Part shown: piece after piece, positions 8,066-9,236 of the stretch
Numbering within the stretch: the stretch's first letter is position 1
Layout of the letters: the number at the start of each line of letters is the position of its first letter
Assembly (NCBI GenBank): GCA_000004985.1
Contig: GG739042.1
Source of the DNA: Naegleria gruberi
Lineage: Eukaryota
Strand: one strand, 5' to 3'
Length of the DNA stretch: 9,236 nucleotides
Position numbers and translations under genes: made by a program
The notes under the pieces: generated by a model
The model's database searches: none
Told to the model about the DNA's origin: nothing
What the model saw: the letters and a program-made list of their open reading frames with translations, nothing else

Positions 8066-8223
8066 TGTTGTATTTATTCATTTTTTTCAAAATGGTTCAA
8101 GTTGGTTGTACGGCAACCATTACAGCAACTTGTCGTTTAATAAGAAAAGAGGCTGAAAAATATTGCAGTGTATTAAATTAAACCTATTTTAGATTTACGT
8201 ATTAAAAAATCTATTTAAAAAAA
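8066..8223. promoter_or_regulatory. 158-bp divergent intergenic region between minus-strand ATG 8065 and plus-strand ATG 8224; presumed bidirectional promoter/5' UTRs
   Basis: Two genes are transcribed away from each other. The spacer is AT-rich with A/T homopolymers (tttttttcaaaATG on minus, tatttaaaaaaaATG on plus). No specific motif was verified. Confidence 0.35.
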
Positions 8224-8832
8224 ATGTTTAACGGTGTTTCGAGCGGAACCACTACTCCTTTGGTTAATACACCAAAAAGTACTCCCTCTACACCTGCTGG
8301 TTCTTCATCATCGTTTGGAGGAAATATCTTCTCAAACGGTTTAAATATATTAGGATCCAATGCAACGGAACAACAGACAACACCAAGTATCAACAGATCA
8401 AAAGGGATTAATGCTTGGCAGGTTTGTCCTGGTTCTATTAATCCCTATCCTCAAGCTTTTACATGGTCAACATTTATGGGTGATGAAGTGATTGCTTTTG
8501 CAAGCGGAAGACATGTTATGGTTTATTGTGGAAATAGTTTTGTTCAATTATTGGATGGTCATGATGAAACTATTACCAGCGTAAAATGGAGTAATCTTCA
8601 TGGAAGAATTGCTGCTTGCTCAAGAGGAAAAATTGTTATTTATTCTCCAGTTGAAGATGAGGTTGACAATGGTGCCTTGAAAAAGAGCCCTTCTTGGATT
8701 GTTGAACAGGTTATTAACTCAACAGATGAATTCGAATGCATGGATTGGAATTTTTATGGTGATAGACTAATTGTTGGTGGAAAAACTACAATGATTTTTG
8801 AAGGAAAACCTATTCTAGGAAATCAAGTTTAT
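8224..8832 (+). CDS. RAV1: Rav1/DMXL (rabconnectin-3 alpha, RAVE complex subunit, regulator of V-ATPase assembly) homolog, exon 1
   Basis: Motifs AWQVCPGSINPYPQAFT...NSFVQLLDGHDETITSVKWSNLHGRIAACSRGKIVIYSP match the conserved N-terminal WD-propeller region of DMXL1/2 as I recall it (HQVLTGAVNPGD...ECVQIIPGAKHGNIQVSCVECSNQHGRIAASYGNAVCIFEP). ECMDWNFYGDRLIVGG matches yeast Rav1 as I recall it (VNCLRWSSDNELAIGSD). The exon ends at the GTATGT donor at 8833. Confidence 0.85.
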
Positions 8833-8872
8833 GTATGTTTCTTTATGTTTAGAAATTTATAATATAGTTTAG
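8833..8872 (+). other. Intron, 40 nt (GTATGT ... TTTAG), phase 0, in RAV1
   Basis: The in-frame read-through hits TAA after FRNL. A canonical fungal-type GTATGT donor starts on a codon boundary. The acceptor at 8871..8872 restores a long open frame. The alternative acceptor at 8866..8867 gives an immediate TGA. Confidence 0.75.
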
Positions 8873-9236
8873 AAATGGAATATGGTTTGGAAATATGACA
8901 ATCCAACTCCAATTTACTTAGTTGCATATTCACCAGATGAAAAATATTTTGCAACAGTGTCCAAGTTTGATCGTCTTGTAAAGGTTTGGTATAGAAACAA
9001 ACCTCAAGTCAGAGTATCATTATTTACTCCAGTAATTACTATTGTAGATCCAAAATCTACTTCACAAACTATTGAGGATGATGAAGAAGAAAGTTTTTCC
9101 TACATTTATTTACCTCATCCTCGTTCAGTTACTTCCATCTCATGGAGATTTAAGGATATACAATCACAACAAAGAGATGAATTTACAGCTAATGTTTTAT
9201 TGACAACATCTATTGACAATGTGGTACGTGTATGGA
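8873..9236 (+). CDS. RAV1: Rav1/DMXL homolog, exon 2 (partial; continues beyond the window)
   Basis: The frame is open to the window end. KWNMVWKYDNPTPIYLVAYSPDEKYFATVSKFDRLVKVWYR aligns with yeast Rav1 as I recall it (QPILQWNQKQPKPVYNVIISQDSQLIVSIGKYDCNAKLWKR), a WD-repeat-like segment. Confidence 0.8.

Noticed and set aside
8211-8393. Minus-strand 60-aa ORF
   Set aside because: It is antisense to the well-supported RAV1 exon 1.
8833-8867. Alternative 35-nt RAV1 intron using the ATAG acceptor at 8866..8867
   Set aside because: The resulting frame hits TGA within 10 codons. The acceptor at 8871..8872 gives an open frame that matches Rav1 orthologs.
1-9236. Prokaryotic-style interpretation (operons, defence islands, CRISPR, toxin-antitoxin, IS elements)
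   Set aside because: There are no direct-repeat/spacer arrays, no Shine-Dalgarno-spaced gene strings and no transposase-like ORFs. GTAAGT/GTATGT introns and a Rav1/DMXL gene mark this as eukaryotic nuclear DNA.

Overview
This window is AT-rich eukaryotic nuclear DNA with short GTAAGT/GTATGT spliceosomal introns and very short intergenic spacers; it is not a prokaryotic locus. A 4,730-nt run of N (1511..6240) is a scaffold gap, so real sequence is only 1..1510 and 6241..9236. The long ORFs crossing the gap in the ORF track are poly-X artefacts. Three parts can be supported. First, on the minus strand of 1..1510 there are three tandem, same-orientation copies of a small module encoding a C-x2-C-x11-H-x3-C zinc finger. 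That spacing matches Rad18/WRNIP1-type UBZ4 ubiquitin-binding fingers. Each copy has a GTAAGT intron placed after the first base of the first Cys codon; two copies give an intact finger after splicing, the third looks frameshifted. Second, on the minus strand of 6241..8065 there are two adjacent ORFs with the same architecture and a shared C-terminal domain that I cannot place. They are separated by only 30 bp and can be joined by a 72-nt in-frame intron, so they may be one gene with an internal duplication; its 3' part lies in the gap. Third, on the plus strand from 8224 is the 5' part of a Rav1/DMXL (rabconnectin-3, RAVE complex) homolog with one 40-nt GTATGT intron, running past the window end. 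I see no CRISPR array, mobile element or RNA gene, and no defence or biosynthetic system. The more interesting observations are structural: the zinc-finger triplication with a conserved intron, a possible internally duplicated gene, and the gap hiding most of a gene.
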